A stretch of DNA of 64,000 nucleotides from an uncultured delta proteobacterium (GTDB lineage Bacteria; Desulfobacterota; Desulfomonilia; Desulfomonilales; Desulfomonilaceae): the NCBI GenBank assembly GCA_963789265.1, contig CAWBKB010000003.1:128001-192000 (forward strand), in the 5' to 3' direction. The notes under the pieces are model-generated. The model saw only the letters and a program-made list of their open reading frames with translations. It searched no databases and was not told where the DNA came from. Position numbers and translations under genes: made by a program. This document shows, one piece after another, positions 10,602 through 21,504 of the stretch; position 1 is the stretch's first letter; every line of letters begins with the position of its first letter.

Positions 10602-11624
10602 CTACGTCAGTGCCGGGATCAAAGCCCCAAGAGCATTCCAAAACCCGGGCTCATCTTCAAGAACCATCTCGATCCTCAGCGCTGCAACATGATCCATTTC
10701 CTTGATCCATTGAGGAAGCTTCACCCAGTCCTTTTCGGTGAAAACGACGGGCAACCCGGCAGCTCGGTCTAGAATGGATCTCAATTCCCTGTCCCGGAAG
10801 GCGTGGTGATCCGGAAAAGCGTGATGGTCCTTTACTCTCCATCTCAGGCGTTCGGCCGTACTGCGAAAACGGGCCGGATTAGCTATCCCTGACACCAGGA
10901 CTACGTCGCGACCCGAGTAACCTTCAGCCGGCGACGACCGGGAGGCAAGATCTGTTTGCAGGCCGGCGGCCACCGGCCGACATCGGAAAATCGGCGCTCG
11001 TATGTGTTTCTTGGCGAAGGCAGGGATTGCATCTGCCGCCACCAAGACCACTATATCGGCTCGTTTCAAAGCCGACAATGGTTCCCGCAGCCGTCCCCGC
11101 GGGAACATGTGGTCTTCAGAGCCGTTCAACAACACGATATCGGCATCGCGTCGCAATGGAAGATGCTGAAACCCGTCATCGAGCACAACTATGTTACAAC
11201 CGAACAACTGCTTAGCCGCTCGGACCGGATAAATCCTTTTGCGCCCTACGATGACGGGAATATCCGGAAGACGCTCTGCGATCAGATAAGGTTCGTCACC
11301 GCAAGCATCAGGGCCGACAAGAGGCTCGCTCGCCGAGCCGTCTCCGACCACCAAATAGGGCGCTCGGCTTGCCCCACGGTATCCGCGGCTCACCACCGCC
11401 GGCTTTAGGCCGCACTTTGCAAGCATTCCTGCCAGGTAGATCGCAAATGGAGTTTTGCCGCTCCCACCGAGGACCAGATTGCCCACAGATATCACCGTGA
11501 CCGGCGCTCTATGCGGCGACAGAATCCCCCAGTCGTAAGCCTTTTCTCTGATCTTTTGGACTGCATAATATCCGACCGCGGGGAGAGACAATAGAGGATC
11601 GGTCAGTGAACAGCCTGTAATCAT
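10602..11624 (-). CDS. lpxK: Tetraacyldisaccharide 4'-kinase
   Basis: SVGNLVLGGSGKTP, SRGY, GDEP, LDDGFQH, FPDHH and TEKDWVK. Confidence 0.95.
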   Translation of the reverse strand: MITGCSLTDPLLSLPAVGYYAVQKIREKAYDWGILSPHRAPVTVISVGNLVLGGSGKTPFAIYLAGMLAKCGLKPAVVSRGYRGASRAPYLVVGDGSASEPLVGPDACGDEPYLIAERLPDIPVIVGRKRIYPVRAAKQLFGCNIVVLDDGFQHLPLRRDADIVLLNGSEDHMFPRGRLREPLSALKRADIVVLVAADAIPAFAKKHIRAPIFRCRPVAAGLQTDLASRSSPAEGYSGRDVVLVSGIANPARFRSTAERLRWRVKDHHAFPDHHAFRDRELRSILDRAAGLPVVFTEKDWVKLPQWIKEMDHVAALRIEMVLEDEPGFWNALGALIPALT

Positions 11625-13408
11625 TGTCCGACGGTAATGGCCGACGGCTCGTCCGAGGTGGTAACCTGGGAAGCAAATTGCATGTTGTACATGCGTGCAA
11701 ATTCCCCGGGCCGAGCAAGAAGCTCATCGTGACTTCCCTCTTCCGCTATTCGCCCGCCTATCATCACGTAGATACGATCCACATTTCGTATGGTGGACAG
11801 CCTGTGAGCTACTACGAGGGTGGTTCTGCCCTTCATGAGCTCTTCCAATGCACTCTGAACCGCCTTTTCCGAGTCCGAGTCAAGATTGGAGGTGGCTTCA
11901 TCGAGAATAAGAACTGGAGGATTCTTCAATAATGCTCTGGCTATCGCCATTCTCTGGCGTTCGCCGCCTGACAGTTTAATCCCATCCTCACCGATCATCG
12001 TGTCGTATGACAATGGCAAGGCGGTGATAAAATCGTGAGCGTGCGCTGCCTTCGCGGCTTCAACGACTTTCTCCAGGGGAAGATCGGGTCTGCCGTACGC
12101 GATGTTGTTCCGGACGGTATCGTCAAACAGTATGGTTTGCTGAGTGACAATACCAATCTGTTCGCGGAAAGATCTTTGGGTGAGGTCCCGCACGTCTGTC
12201 CCGTCAATCAGGATGCGGCCCGCAGTCACGTCGTAAAACCGCGGCAGAAGGTCGAGAAGCGTGCTCTTTCCCACGCCGCTCTCACCCACTATTGCAACGG
12301 CCTCGCCCGCTTGAACTCGGATGGTTATATCTTTCAGCAGGGGCTCGTCGTCATAAGAAAAGCTGACGTGTTCGTATTCAATATCCTGCTGGACCGTCTT
12401 CAGGGTTCCTGCGTCAAGCTTGTCATTTATCTCAGTAGGTTCATCAATGAATGCAAAAATTCTTTCGCCCGCGCTTATTCCCTCCTGAATGGTGAGATTG
12501 ACCTCATTAATTCTGCTTATGGGCTGATAGAGCAAAAAAAGCGCAGTCATAAATGAAAAGAAAGTGCCTGGAGTGGAGTGGCCGCTTATGACCTGACTTC
12601 CGCCGTAATACACAATGGCGCATACTCCGAAACCGCCCAGTGTCTCCATCATCGGGTTTGACAGAGCCCTCACCTTGAACCGCCGCATAAATGCCCTGAA
12701 GAGCTTGTTGTTAACCTCAGCGAATCTGTCACGTTCGTAAGGCTCCATGGCGAAGGCCTTGACAATCCTGATCCCAGTTATAGTTTCGTTCAGGCGCTCG
12801 GTAATATCCTCCAGAGAGACCAGCATTCGCCGTGAATAGCGTTTGAGCTTCTTGCCGAAGGAGAGGAGCGGGTAAGTCGCCAAGGGAAATACTACCATAG
12901 CAATCAACGCCAACTTGAAATCCCGGTAGAACACCACGAATAAGAGGCCCACCACAGTCAGCGCGTCTCGCATCATTCCCGTAATTGCGCTCGTCATGGC
13001 CCCTTGGACCATGGTCACGTCATTGCTCATTCTCGAAAGGAGTTCACCAGTGGAATGGCGCACAAAGAACCCTACGGACATCTCTTCCAACCTGGCGAAC
13101 ATTTGTTCCCGCAGATCACGAATGATGCTCTGTCCGACATACGACATCAGATAGTATTGGCCGAAATCACAGGCGCCTTTCAGCAAATAGACCAGGGCGA
13201 CCAACACAGGAATCCATGCGAGCATAGCCGAATTCTTTTCGACGAATATGTCGTCAAGCGCGGGCTTCACCAGAAAGGCCAGGGACGAAGTGAGACCCGC
13301 GACACCGATCATGCAAATCCCGGCCAGGACAAGCTTACCCAAATAGGGCTTGAGGTATTTCAGCATTCGCTTATAAGCGTTCACAGCTTGCCTCTCTGCT
13401 AAAATCAA
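11621..13408 (-). CDS. msbA: Lipid A export ABC transporter
   Basis: TM domain fused to an NBD (GESGVGKS, LSGGERQR, LDEATS); adjacent to lpxK. Confidence 0.9.
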   Translation of the reverse strand: MILAERQAVNAYKRMLKYLKPYLGKLVLAGICMIGVAGLTSSLAFLVKPALDDIFVEKNSAMLAWIPVLVALVYLLKGACDFGQYYLMSYVGQSIIRDLREQMFARLEEMSVGFFVRHSTGELLSRMSNDVTMVQGAMTSAITGMMRDALTVVGLLFVVFYRDFKLALIAMVVFPLATYPLLSFGKKLKRYSRRMLVSLEDITERLNETITGIRIVKAFAMEPYERDRFAEVNNKLFRAFMRRFKVRALSNPMMETLGGFGVCAIVYYGGSQVISGHSTPGTFFSFMTALFLLYQPISRINEVNLTIQEGISAGERIFAFIDEPTEINDKLDAGTLKTVQQDIEYEHVSFSYDDEPLLKDITIRVQAGEAVAIVGESGVGKSTLLDLLPRFYDVTAGRILIDGTDVRDLTQRSFREQIGIVTQQTILFDDTVRNNIAYGRPDLPLEKVVEAAKAAHAHDFITALPLSYDTMIGEDGIKLSGGERQRMAIARALLKNPPVLILDEATSNLDSDSEKAVQSALEELMKGRTTLVVAHRLSTIRNVDRIYVMIGGRIAEEGSHDELLARPGEFARMYNMQFASQVTTSDEPSAITVGQ

Positions 13409-14272
13409 TTACTGACGGATGGCATGATGGGGACAGTCTTTTACAGCCGGGCCTTCGGGCGGGACGCCTACAACCGAAATCTTGGCCCTGTCTGCTTTGC
13501 CAATCATCTCTTCGCAATTTGTAATCATCGTTTTCCCGGCCTCAACGGCAAGCACGCGGGCCTTTGCCGCTACCATACTGTCGATTGTGGAGGGCCCCAC
13601 ACCCGGTACGTCGAAACGCATGTCCTGCTCGGGCTTGGCCATTTTGACCACTACTCCGTTGGGAAAGCCCAGTTCACCCGCGCGTCGAATTGCCTTGTCC
13701 GTCCCTTCAATGGCCTCGACTGCTATTACCGCGGCATTCTTGACCACCACGGTTTGGCCGATATCCAGCCCGCCCACACCACGAGCCATTTTTCTACCGA
13801 AAAGAATATCCTTCCACTGCTTGTCATTCGGATGTTTCTTTGTGAGCACACCGAGAGGAGCCATAAGCTTCGCGGCCCACGAGGTGATCTCTTCGATGAC
13901 GATCCCTTCCTTGAGTAACTCGGCCGCTATGGCCGCGAGAAGCGTATCGTCGCGCCAGTCCTCGAGGGAGCGGACCATCCTCAGAACGCGGCGGTCCGGT
14001 CTCAGATTCCACGGACGCAACAGATTGGATTTTTCTATCTTCCCGGCCATTACCACACGATTGACTCCGTGGGTCTTTAGGATGGAGATCGCCTTTTCGA
14101 GTTGGCCAAGTTTCAACCAGAAAGTTTCTGTTGCTCGACTTGCCATTGCCGGATCGGTGAATCCTGAAAAGGCGATGGCGACAACCTGGAACCCTCGATC
14201 GAGAGCTTCGGCTGCCACGTAAAGCGGCAGATCACCGGTTCCTGCTATTATGCCTACGCTTCCCAAGATCAA
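13409..14272 (-). CDS. lpxI: UDP-2,3-diacylglucosamine diphosphatase LpxI
   Basis: GIIAGTGDLP, DIGQTVVV, AVEAIEGTD and KPEQDMRFDVPGVG; follows lpxA. Confidence 0.93.
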   Translation of the reverse strand: MILGSVGIIAGTGDLPLYVAAEALDRGFQVVAIAFSGFTDPAMASRATETFWLKLGQLEKAISILKTHGVNRVVMAGKIEKSNLLRPWNLRPDRRVLRMVRSLEDWRDDTLLAAIAAELLKEGIVIEEITSWAAKLMAPLGVLTKKHPNDKQWKDILFGRKMARGVGGLDIGQTVVVKNAAVIAVEAIEGTDKAIRRAGELGFPNGVVVKMAKPEQDMRFDVPGVGPSTIDSMVAAKARVLAVEAGKTMITNCEEMIGKADRAKISVVGVPPEGPAVKDCPHHAIRQ

Positions 14273-15072
14273 GCCCGCCGAAATGTGTGCCGACTTAAGG
14301 AGACTCGGGCCGTGCCCCGCTTGGAGGTGGCAAGAAAGTCGGCAAATCTTAGCGCCTCCGGCGTGTGCATCATTTCCGCGCGAATTTTTTGGACCGCCTG
14401 ATCCACTTTCAGAGAAGACCTGAACGCTATCTTAAAGGCTCTTTTGAGTTGCCGTATGGTCTCCTTGGCAAAACCGTTGCGTCTCAGGCCCACTTCGTTA
14501 AGGCCATACACATAGATTCGTGAACCCGAGGCCAGGGTATACGGAGGGACGTCTTTGGCTACTCCCGAAACTCCTCCCACCAGGGCGTATTCGCCTACTC
14601 TGACAAACTGGTGCACCGCGACAATCCCCCCCAGAATCGCGCGGGTCCCGATCTCTATATGTCCCCCGAGATGAGCGGAGTTTGCCATAATGACGCCCTG
14701 CCCCAGCACGCAGTCATGGGCCACGTGGCAGTACGACATGAGGTAACAGTCGTCGCCGACGACCGTTGCGCCTTTGCCTCTGAGCGTTCCGCGATGGATC
14801 GTCACGTATTCTCGGACGGTCACGCGTGCACCGATCTCCACGCGAGTGTCCTCTCCCCGGTAGGTAAAATCCTGGGGCGGCCCGCCGATGGCAGCGAACT
14901 GGAAAACGCGGCTCTGCGGGCCAATTGAAGTATCCCCTTCGACGGTGACGTGGGGACCGATTTCGCACTCATCTCCCACGATAACATGCTCGCCTATCAA
15001 CGAATAGGGGCCTATGGAGACGTTGTTGCCGATTATGGCTCTCGGATGAATGATTGCCGTGGGATGGATCAT
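14269..15072 (-). CDS. lpxA: UDP-N-acetylglucosamine acyltransferase
   Basis: IHPTAII, hexapeptide repeats, PQD, TIHRGT, HVAHDC and VHQFVRVG. Confidence 0.96.
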   Translation of the reverse strand: MIHPTAIIHPRAIIGNNVSIGPYSLIGEHVIVGDECEIGPHVTVEGDTSIGPQSRVFQFAAIGGPPQDFTYRGEDTRVEIGARVTVREYVTIHRGTLRGKGATVVGDDCYLMSYCHVAHDCVLGQGVIMANSAHLGGHIEIGTRAILGGIVAVHQFVRVGEYALVGGVSGVAKDVPPYTLASGSRIYVYGLNEVGLRRNGFAKETIRQLKRAFKIAFRSSLKVDQAVQKIRAEMMHTPEALRFADFLATSKRGTARVSLSRHTFRRA

Positions 15073-16115
15073 AAGTTTTCCTTGCGGTCGGATTGAACTA
15101 GGCGCTCCAGCTTTCTGATCCGATCCAGGATCTCCGGGAGCCTCTTGAAAAGGGTCTGAACACGAAGAAACACTTTATGGGGCATGGCCGGAATGGAGCC
15201 GGCCATCACCGAACCGTCCGGAACGTTCCTGTAAATTCCTACTCTTGTGGCTAGGACCACTCCGTTACCGACCGTAACGTGATCCTTCACTCCAGCCTGG
15301 CCTCCGATCACGCCATAGCGACCTATGGTCGAACTGCCGGCAATTCCCACCTGGGAAGCGATAACGGTGCCGTCACCGATATCGACGGTATGAGCGACCT
15401 GAACAAGATTATCAAGCTTCACTCCTCTGCCCAGGCGGGTCACTCCACTCAATGCTCTGTCAACCGCAACCAGGGCCCCTATCTCAACGTCGTCGCCGAT
15501 TTCAACGCTTCCACTGTGGTACTTTTTGATGTACACGGGCAGTCCGCTCTCATCAACGGTTCTGGCATAGCCAAAGCCGTCTGAACCGATGACTGCGCCG
15601 GAATGTATGATTACTCGTTTTCCGATTTTGACTTTAGGATAAACAGTAACGTGAGGGAAAATACGTGTATCTTCACCTATTTCCACGTCTTCCCCAACAT
15701 CGACATGACCCCCCAATATGACCCGGTCCCCAATAATCGTACCTCTCCCGATGACCGTGAAGGGGCCGACTGACACATCGCGTCCCAAATGCGCTTCAGG
15801 ATGGACCTCGGCCTTCGGGGAGATACCGGCCGGCACCGCGGGGTGCGGATAAAATAGACCCGTCAGCCGCGCGAATGCCGCTTCCGGATTGTCATGACGA
15901 ATATGCGGACGCCCTCGCGGATCAAGGTCACGAGGAAGAATCACAGATCCCGCGGAACTCTTGGCCAATTTCTCCTGAAACTGCGGCCCGGCCACGTAGG
16001 TTATGTCATCCCCGCAGGCGTACTCCAGAGGTCTTGCACCTGCGATCGTCGGCCCCGGTGTCTCCGAAGACGTGGCACCGAGAAACCGGGCCAGTTCTTC
16101 CAGGGTGTAAGTCAT
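15069..16115 (-). CDS. lpxD: UDP-3-O-(3-hydroxyacyl)glucosamine N-acyltransferase
   Basis: Hexapeptide repeats, GSDGFGY and KLDNLVQVAH. Confidence 0.95.
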   Translation of the reverse strand: MTYTLEELARFLGATSSETPGPTIAGARPLEYACGDDITYVAGPQFQEKLAKSSAGSVILPRDLDPRGRPHIRHDNPEAAFARLTGLFYPHPAVPAGISPKAEVHPEAHLGRDVSVGPFTVIGRGTIIGDRVILGGHVDVGEDVEIGEDTRIFPHVTVYPKVKIGKRVIIHSGAVIGSDGFGYARTVDESGLPVYIKKYHSGSVEIGDDVEIGALVAVDRALSGVTRLGRGVKLDNLVQVAHTVDIGDGTVIASQVGIAGSSTIGRYGVIGGQAGVKDHVTVGNGVVLATRVGIYRNVPDGSVMAGSIPAMPHKVFLRVQTLFKRLPEILDRIRKLERLVQSDRKENL

Positions 16116-16145
16116 TTTCTAAGCCAACCCGGCCCTTCCCCCGCG

Positions 16146-16757
16146 CTACCTCGGCGGTGCTTTCCTTGCAGGGCCCGCGGCCGCAGGAACCTTGGGCCTG
16201 GGTTTAAGCGGCCTGGCAGCCGCCGGTGGCCTCGCAGTTGTCGCTTCAGCGTCATAGGCCTTGGCTACTTCGTCAGTGATATCCAGGGAATCGTCTGCCG
16301 AGAGAAGAGCGGTCTGGTTAAAAACCAGCTTGAGGCCTTTTTGAGCGCGAATCCGACCTATTATCTTTGTCAAATCACGCTGGAAGTTTGCCATCATATC
16401 ACGCTGTTCGTTTTTTACCGAATTCTCAGCCTCCTTTTGCGCCAGCTTGAGCTCCATTTCCTTTATCCCGGCTTCTTTTATCTTTTGGTTCCGGACAGCC
16501 TCTTGCAGCATGGGGCCCTGCTTTTGCAATTGTTCCTGCAGATTTGTCAGCTCCTTCTTCTTGTCCTCCAAAGCTCTTTGCTTGGCCTTCACGAGATCCA
16601 TAAATTTCCTTTGCATTGCCCTTGCCTTTACCGATTTGGTGCCGAACTTCTGCAGATCAACGAATGCAACTTTGAAATCTTGCGTTTGCCCTATGCCGGT
16701 CCAAACAAATACGAGCCCCGATACGGCGCAAACGACCGCTAATAACTGCTTCCTCAT
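16146..16757 (-). CDS. skp: OmpH/Skp periplasmic chaperone
   Basis: Signal peptide, KVAFVDLQ, coiled coil and DITDEV; lies between bamA and lpxD. Confidence 0.9.
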   Translation of the reverse strand: MRKQLLAVVCAVSGLVFVWTGIGQTQDFKVAFVDLQKFGTKSVKARAMQRKFMDLVKAKQRALEDKKKELTNLQEQLQKQGPMLQEAVRNQKIKEAGIKEMELKLAQKEAENSVKNEQRDMMANFQRDLTKIIGRIRAQKGLKLVFNQTALLSADDSLDITDEVAKAYDAEATTARPPAAARPLKPRPKVPAAAGPARKAPPR

Positions 16758-16928
16758 AACATTACTCCTTTATTTCTTCGTAGCTTTGGCCTGAAACCGT
16801 GCCACGGTTAGAATCGACATCTGCCTGATGAAGCGAGGCATGCCCCCGAACTTGCCGGTAAAACCAGAAAATAAGGAAATGGAATGCTCGCTCAGTCTAG
16901 ACCCGAGATTTCCCTCTTGCAAGCAGGA

Positions 16929-19592
16929 TCAAAAGAGTTGACCCATCGCAAAGGCAAAAGCGCCGGGTTCTTCGCCCGGCAATGGATTGACCTTCCATCC
17001 GTACTCAATTCGGAGAGGTCCCATTGGCGACACCCACCGAATCCCCACCCCTACCCCTGCTTTGACGTTCGTCAACAGGGGGCTGTCTGAGGAGTTCCAT
17101 GCATTCCCCGCGTCAAAGAAGACTACCCCGTTGAGCTTGAGTTGAGTAACAAGTGGGAACAGGCATTCAACATTAGAGCATAAAGACCTATCTCCGCCCA
17201 TCAGATTACCGTATCGGTCCCTCGGACCTATCTCGCTAGGATGGTACCCTCTTATACTCTGGATGCCGCCCAACAAAAGCCGGCGGTCGAACGGTATGGG
17301 ATTGTTCCCTACTTCTTGCAGCAATGTTCCGGTCCCACGGATCTTCAGGATTGCCCGCCAGAACAACTGATGGTAGTAGGTCGCTTCAGTAAAATAGCTG
17401 GCAAATGTCACGTCTCCGCCCAAACCTGAATAGCGGGATCCCAGGGAAATCCTCGACCCGGCGGTGGGTATCACCGTGTTGTTACGCGTATCCCTGTTGA
17501 AGTTTACCGATAGGGCATTCTCAGTGAGATTTGTGAACTTCTCAGCATTAGTGCCATAGTGCTTGTAATAGTCCACAACAGATCGGGCAAAGACGCGTTG
17601 CATCCCGCTGAGTTTGCTGGAATCATGACCCAACCCTGTCGTCATGCTCCACAGGCCGAAAAACGGATAAGCCAAATGCACGCTGAAACCGTCGCTGTCC
17701 CTAATGTAATTACCTTCGTTCGAACGAGATCTGTAGCCGCGTATAGTCCCGCTGAGCGGTAGGTCATAAATCCAAGGATAGGTCAGGGATCCTTCATAGG
17801 TGTTGCGGCGTCCCGACAAGTTTGCCTTGACGTTGGTGACAATAGCCATCCCGAACAGATTTCTTTCCTTGAGCTCCATATTCCCCATAGCTCCCTCTTG
17901 AGAAGAATATCCGAGCCCTGCGGAGAGCGATCCGGTCTTTTTTTCCATGACCTCAACAGTCAGGTTCATCAAGTCGGGTTTGGAGCCGGGAGAGGTTTTG
18001 AGTCGAACAGCTTCGAAGAAATCCATTCCTTCGAGCCTTTTCTTAGTGGCCTCGATCCTGTCTGCGTTGTAGAGATCACCTTCACCTATTGCCAGGGAAC
18101 GCCGAATAATCTTGTCGCGCGTTCGGTCATTCCCGACAATGTCGATCTTTTCGATAGATACGCGCTGCCCTTTATTGATCTTGTAGGTCAGATCCAGGAA
18201 TTTGTACCGGTCGTTCATGCGCTGGACAGGCGCGACGTCTGCATACGCGTAACCCAGATTGTTGTAGAGTTTGGTCAGGTCCTTAATGTCGTCGGCCACC
18301 AGGGACCTTTTGAACCACGATTTGGGTTTTACTTTCAGTGCCGCGATCAGCTTCTCAGGAGGCGCCACGAGATCCCCTTCGACTTTAACTTTTCTGACCT
18401 GATAACGATCACCTTCGCGAATGGGATAAGCGACCTTGACGGACCCATCATGAATGTCAACGCGCGGGGCACCGACCTGAACGTTGATGAACCCATGGTC
18501 GAGGTAGTACGCAATGAGCCGCATTCTATTTTCGTCGAGCTTCTCTCTGGTAAAGGACCCCGACTGATCCAAAAACCAGAACCAGCCCTTCTCCTTTACG
18601 GTTATTATCTTTTTAAGGTCTTTTTCCGGAATGCTTTTTCTGCCCTCGAAGACCAGATCCGTGAGAAAGGCTTTCTGGCCTTCGTCGATCTTGAAGATCA
18701 GATTGGCTTCACTTGGGGAAAGCTCCTTAATTTCGTAGGCGATCTTGGGCTGGTAGTATCCGTGTTTCTCGTACATCTTCTTCATCTTGGCAATGTCGTC
18801 ACGGATTTTCCCAACACTTGCCACTGAAAAAGACTTGGTGGTCAGCGCGTCGATAAGTTCGTCTCGGGAGAAGACCTTATTCCCCTGAAACTTGATCTTC
18901 TTTATAGAGGGGCGTTCCTTCAGGGTGATGTGGAGATCCACCTCGCCCTGCGCAACATCGTCGGCCCGAATCTGGACGTCGTCGAAATAGCCCATGCCGT
19001 AAATCTCCCGGATTTCATCACCTATAGCGGATTTGCGAAAGGGGCTCCCGGGCTTCAGGTCCAATTTGTTCAGAATCGCTTCTTTTTGCACCCTCTTGTT
19101 ACCCTCTACCTGAATTTCATGGATTTTGGGCCTGTTGAGGGTGACATTTCCGATTTCAAGAGCCAGATCTTTCATTCGCGCGACAAGGCCTTGTTCGTCC
19201 TTTCCGTCGGCCGAGAAACGATGGGGCTTTTGCGGCTGGTCCGTTTGTACCGTCCACACTTCGAGGGAGTAGCCGTCCTCCAGCTTGGAAACCGTCCCCC
19301 ACAAAGCCGCGTAGCAATCGAGCCTACCGGCCACTCTGGCAACACGCGTGGGATCGACTTTCTTTGCCCGCATAATCGGGGCAAAAGTTGTGCCGGGGAC
19401 GATCTCCACATCACCTTCGCTCGCCAATTCCGCGCCGAGCTGACTAGCCACTTCATTGCTGAACGTTTCCCCCACCTCTTTGCTAGCCATCTTGAATGGG
19501 AAGATCATGATCTTCTTGAATTTGGCCTCTTCCGCTGACGAAACCAAGGGAATTACCAGCAGAACGGCCATTATGGGCAAGAGCTTCTTCAT
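16929..19592 (-). CDS. bamA: Outer membrane protein assembly factor BamA with an extra N-terminal domain
   Basis: POTRA repeats, GNDRTRDKIIRR, SIRGY and WVSPMGPLRIEYG...GQLF. Confidence 0.95.
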   Translation of the reverse strand: MKKLLPIMAVLLVIPLVSSAEEAKFKKIMIFPFKMASKEVGETFSNEVASQLGAELASEGDVEIVPGTTFAPIMRAKKVDPTRVARVAGRLDCYAALWGTVSKLEDGYSLEVWTVQTDQPQKPHRFSADGKDEQGLVARMKDLALEIGNVTLNRPKIHEIQVEGNKRVQKEAILNKLDLKPGSPFRKSAIGDEIREIYGMGYFDDVQIRADDVAQGEVDLHITLKERPSIKKIKFQGNKVFSRDELIDALTTKSFSVASVGKIRDDIAKMKKMYEKHGYYQPKIAYEIKELSPSEANLIFKIDEGQKAFLTDLVFEGRKSIPEKDLKKIITVKEKGWFWFLDQSGSFTREKLDENRMRLIAYYLDHGFINVQVGAPRVDIHDGSVKVAYPIREGDRYQVRKVKVEGDLVAPPEKLIAALKVKPKSWFKRSLVADDIKDLTKLYNNLGYAYADVAPVQRMNDRYKFLDLTYKINKGQRVSIEKIDIVGNDRTRDKIIRRSLAIGEGDLYNADRIEATKKRLEGMDFFEAVRLKTSPGSKPDLMNLTVEVMEKKTGSLSAGLGYSSQEGAMGNMELKERNLFGMAIVTNVKANLSGRRNTYEGSLTYPWIYDLPLSGTIRGYRSRSNEGNYIRDSDGFSVHLAYPFFGLWSMTTGLGHDSSKLSGMQRVFARSVVDYYKHYGTNAEKFTNLTENALSVNFNRDTRNNTVIPTAGSRISLGSRYSGLGGDVTFASYFTEATYYHQLFWRAILKIRGTGTLLQEVGNNPIPFDRRLLLGGIQSIRGYHPSEIGPRDRYGNLMGGDRSLCSNVECLFPLVTQLKLNGVVFFDAGNAWNSSDSPLLTNVKAGVGVGIRWVSPMGPLRIEYGWKVNPLPGEEPGAFAFAMGQLF

Positions 19593-20276
19593 CGAAGCTC
19601 CTCCAGTTTGCCGCCCACTAATGCCACTCTCCTGTCCATGGTTTTGGACAACGATTCTTTGTGCGTGACTACGATCAGCGTAGTCTCTAGTGAACGGTTC
19701 AGATCTTTCATGAGGACCTCGACCTCTTCTCCAGTGTCAGGATCAAGGTTTCCCGTGGGTTCATCAGCCAGCAGGACCTCCGGGCGCATGACAAGCGCTC
19801 GAGCTATTGCCACTCTCTGCTGTTCGCCTCCGGATAGTTCACCCGGTCGATGGCTGGCTCTATCGGCCAACCCGACGTCCTCGAGCAGTTGAAGAGCTCT
19901 CTTTCTAAGATCTCTTCTCGGTTCACCTGCTATCAAACCCGGCATGGCGACATTTTCCAGTGCAGAAAACTCCGGAAGAAGCTGAAAAAACTGAAATACG
20001 TAGCCTATCCGTTTGTTTCTAATGAGGGCTCGATTAGTATCGCCAAGCTGGAGAATATCAACTCCGCCCAGAAGCAAAGTGCCGCTAACCGGTCTGTCCA
20101 GGAGACCCAGTATATGAAGAAATGTACTCTTTCCCGACCCCGGACGGACCTGTAACAGCCACGGTTTCTCCGGATCGGACGCAAAAGTTTATCCCGCGCA
20201 GGACCTCAACTTTCTTCGTCCCGTTGGAGTAGCTCATCCAAAGGTCCCTTACTTCATATAACCAAGGACTACTCAT
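19589..20276 (-). CDS. lolD: Lipoprotein-releasing ABC ATP-binding protein (frameshift near 20130)
   Basis: MSSPWLYEV...GPSGVGK in one frame, then STFLHILG...FVFQFFQLLPEFSALENV, LSGGEQQRVAIARAL and ADEPTGNLD in another. Confidence 0.88.
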
Positions 20277-21504
20277 ATCGGAGCGCCTCCACCGGCTCGA
20301 GGCGGGCTGCTCGCAGGGACGGGTACAGCGTGGCAAGAAAGCAAATGGTAAGAGCCACCACACATATTATGATCACGTCCGAAGCTTCAATATGCACCGG
20401 AAGGGTGGATATGGTGTAGATATCTTTCGGAAGCGCAATGATCGGATATCGCGTCAAGAGGGCCGATCCAACAATGCCGCCGACTGCGCCGAGAAATGTA
20501 CCTACGACACCCACGACCATGCCCTGCACGATGAAGATCCGCATTATCCGGTCCGACGTCGCCCCGAGCGCCTTCAGAACAGCTATATCGCGGCTCTTCT
20601 CCATCACCAGCATGATGAGGGATATAATGATGTTGAAGGCCGCAACGAGGACTATGAAGGTCAGGATGATGAACATAGCGATCTTCTCGAGCTTCAGGGC
20701 GCTGAAAAGGTTTCGGTACATGTCTTTCCAGGACCTGGTCCAAAATGCGGCCCCCAACGACGCCTCGATTCGGTTTCCCAACTTGGGAGCGCTGTAGATA
20801 TCCTTGAGATATACCTCTATTCCGGTAACCCCCTGGCCCATCTCGAAGAACTTCTGAGCCTGGCCCAGTTCCATGTATACGAGGTTCGAATCGAATTCGT
20901 ACATGCCGGACTCGAAGATTCCGACAATCCTGAAATTGCGGACCTGGGGCACGGCTCCGATCGGCGTTCTCTTGCCCAGAGGAGAGATCATCTGGACCAC
21001 GTCCCCAACGCGCAAAGAATTGAGCAGCGCCAATTCCTTTCCTATAATTAGGCCGCCCAACCCGTTGGTCGCCGAGGCCAGACTATCGAGGGAACCTTGA
21101 ATGAGATATTTGGGCAGTGAGATGACCTTTCCAGCAGTTCGGATATCTATACCACGAACGATGACTCCTCGCACCCTGCCGTGGGTCGAGATCATAGCCT
21201 GGCCGTAGACGTAAGGGGTCGTGGCCTCCACTCCGTCGAAAAGCTTGATCCGATCCATTATGCGAGGCCATCCTGTAAGCATACGGTTCGAATGGCTCAT
21301 GACGACAAGATGTGACACGGTTCCCAGGATCTTGTCTGTCAGGTCTTTCTCGAAGCCGTTCATAACGCCGAGGACGATTATGAGGGTCATGACTCCCAGC
21401 ATAACGCCCAACACGCTGAAGGCGCTTATCACGGAAATAAAGGCCTGCTTGCGTTTGGCTCTTATGTAGCGCAGACCAATGCTGATCTCGAAAGGTAAAT
21501 TCAT
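20269..21504 (-). CDS. lolE: Lipoprotein-releasing ABC permease LolC/E
   Basis: [29 protein letters not shown] and [18 protein letters not shown]. Confidence 0.93.
   Translation of the reverse strand: MNLPFEISIGLRYIRAKRKQAFISVISAFSVLGVMLGVMTLIIVLGVMNGFEKDLTDKILGTVSHLVVMSHSNRMLTGWPRIMDRIKLFDGVEATTPYVYGQAMISTHGRVRGVIVRGIDIRTAGKVISLPKYLIQGSLDSLASATNGLGGLIIGKELALLNSLRVGDVVQMISPLGKRTPIGAVPQVRNFRIVGIFESGMYEFDSNLVYMELGQAQKFFEMGQGVTGIEVYLKDIYSAPKLGNRIEASLGAAFWTRSWKDMYRNLFSALKLEKIAMFIILTFIVLVAAFNIIISLIMLVMEKSRDIAVLKALGATSDRIMRIFIVQGMVVGVVGTFLGAVGGIVGSALLTRYPIIALPKDIYTISTLPVHIEASDVIIICVVALTICFLATLYPSLRAARLEPVEALRYE

Noticed and set aside
17898..18827. Long antisense or overlapping ORFs (for example 17898-18827, 15894-16742, 13482-14222, 11-478)
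   Set aside because: Shadow ORFs opposite well-supported genes, with no recognisable motifs.
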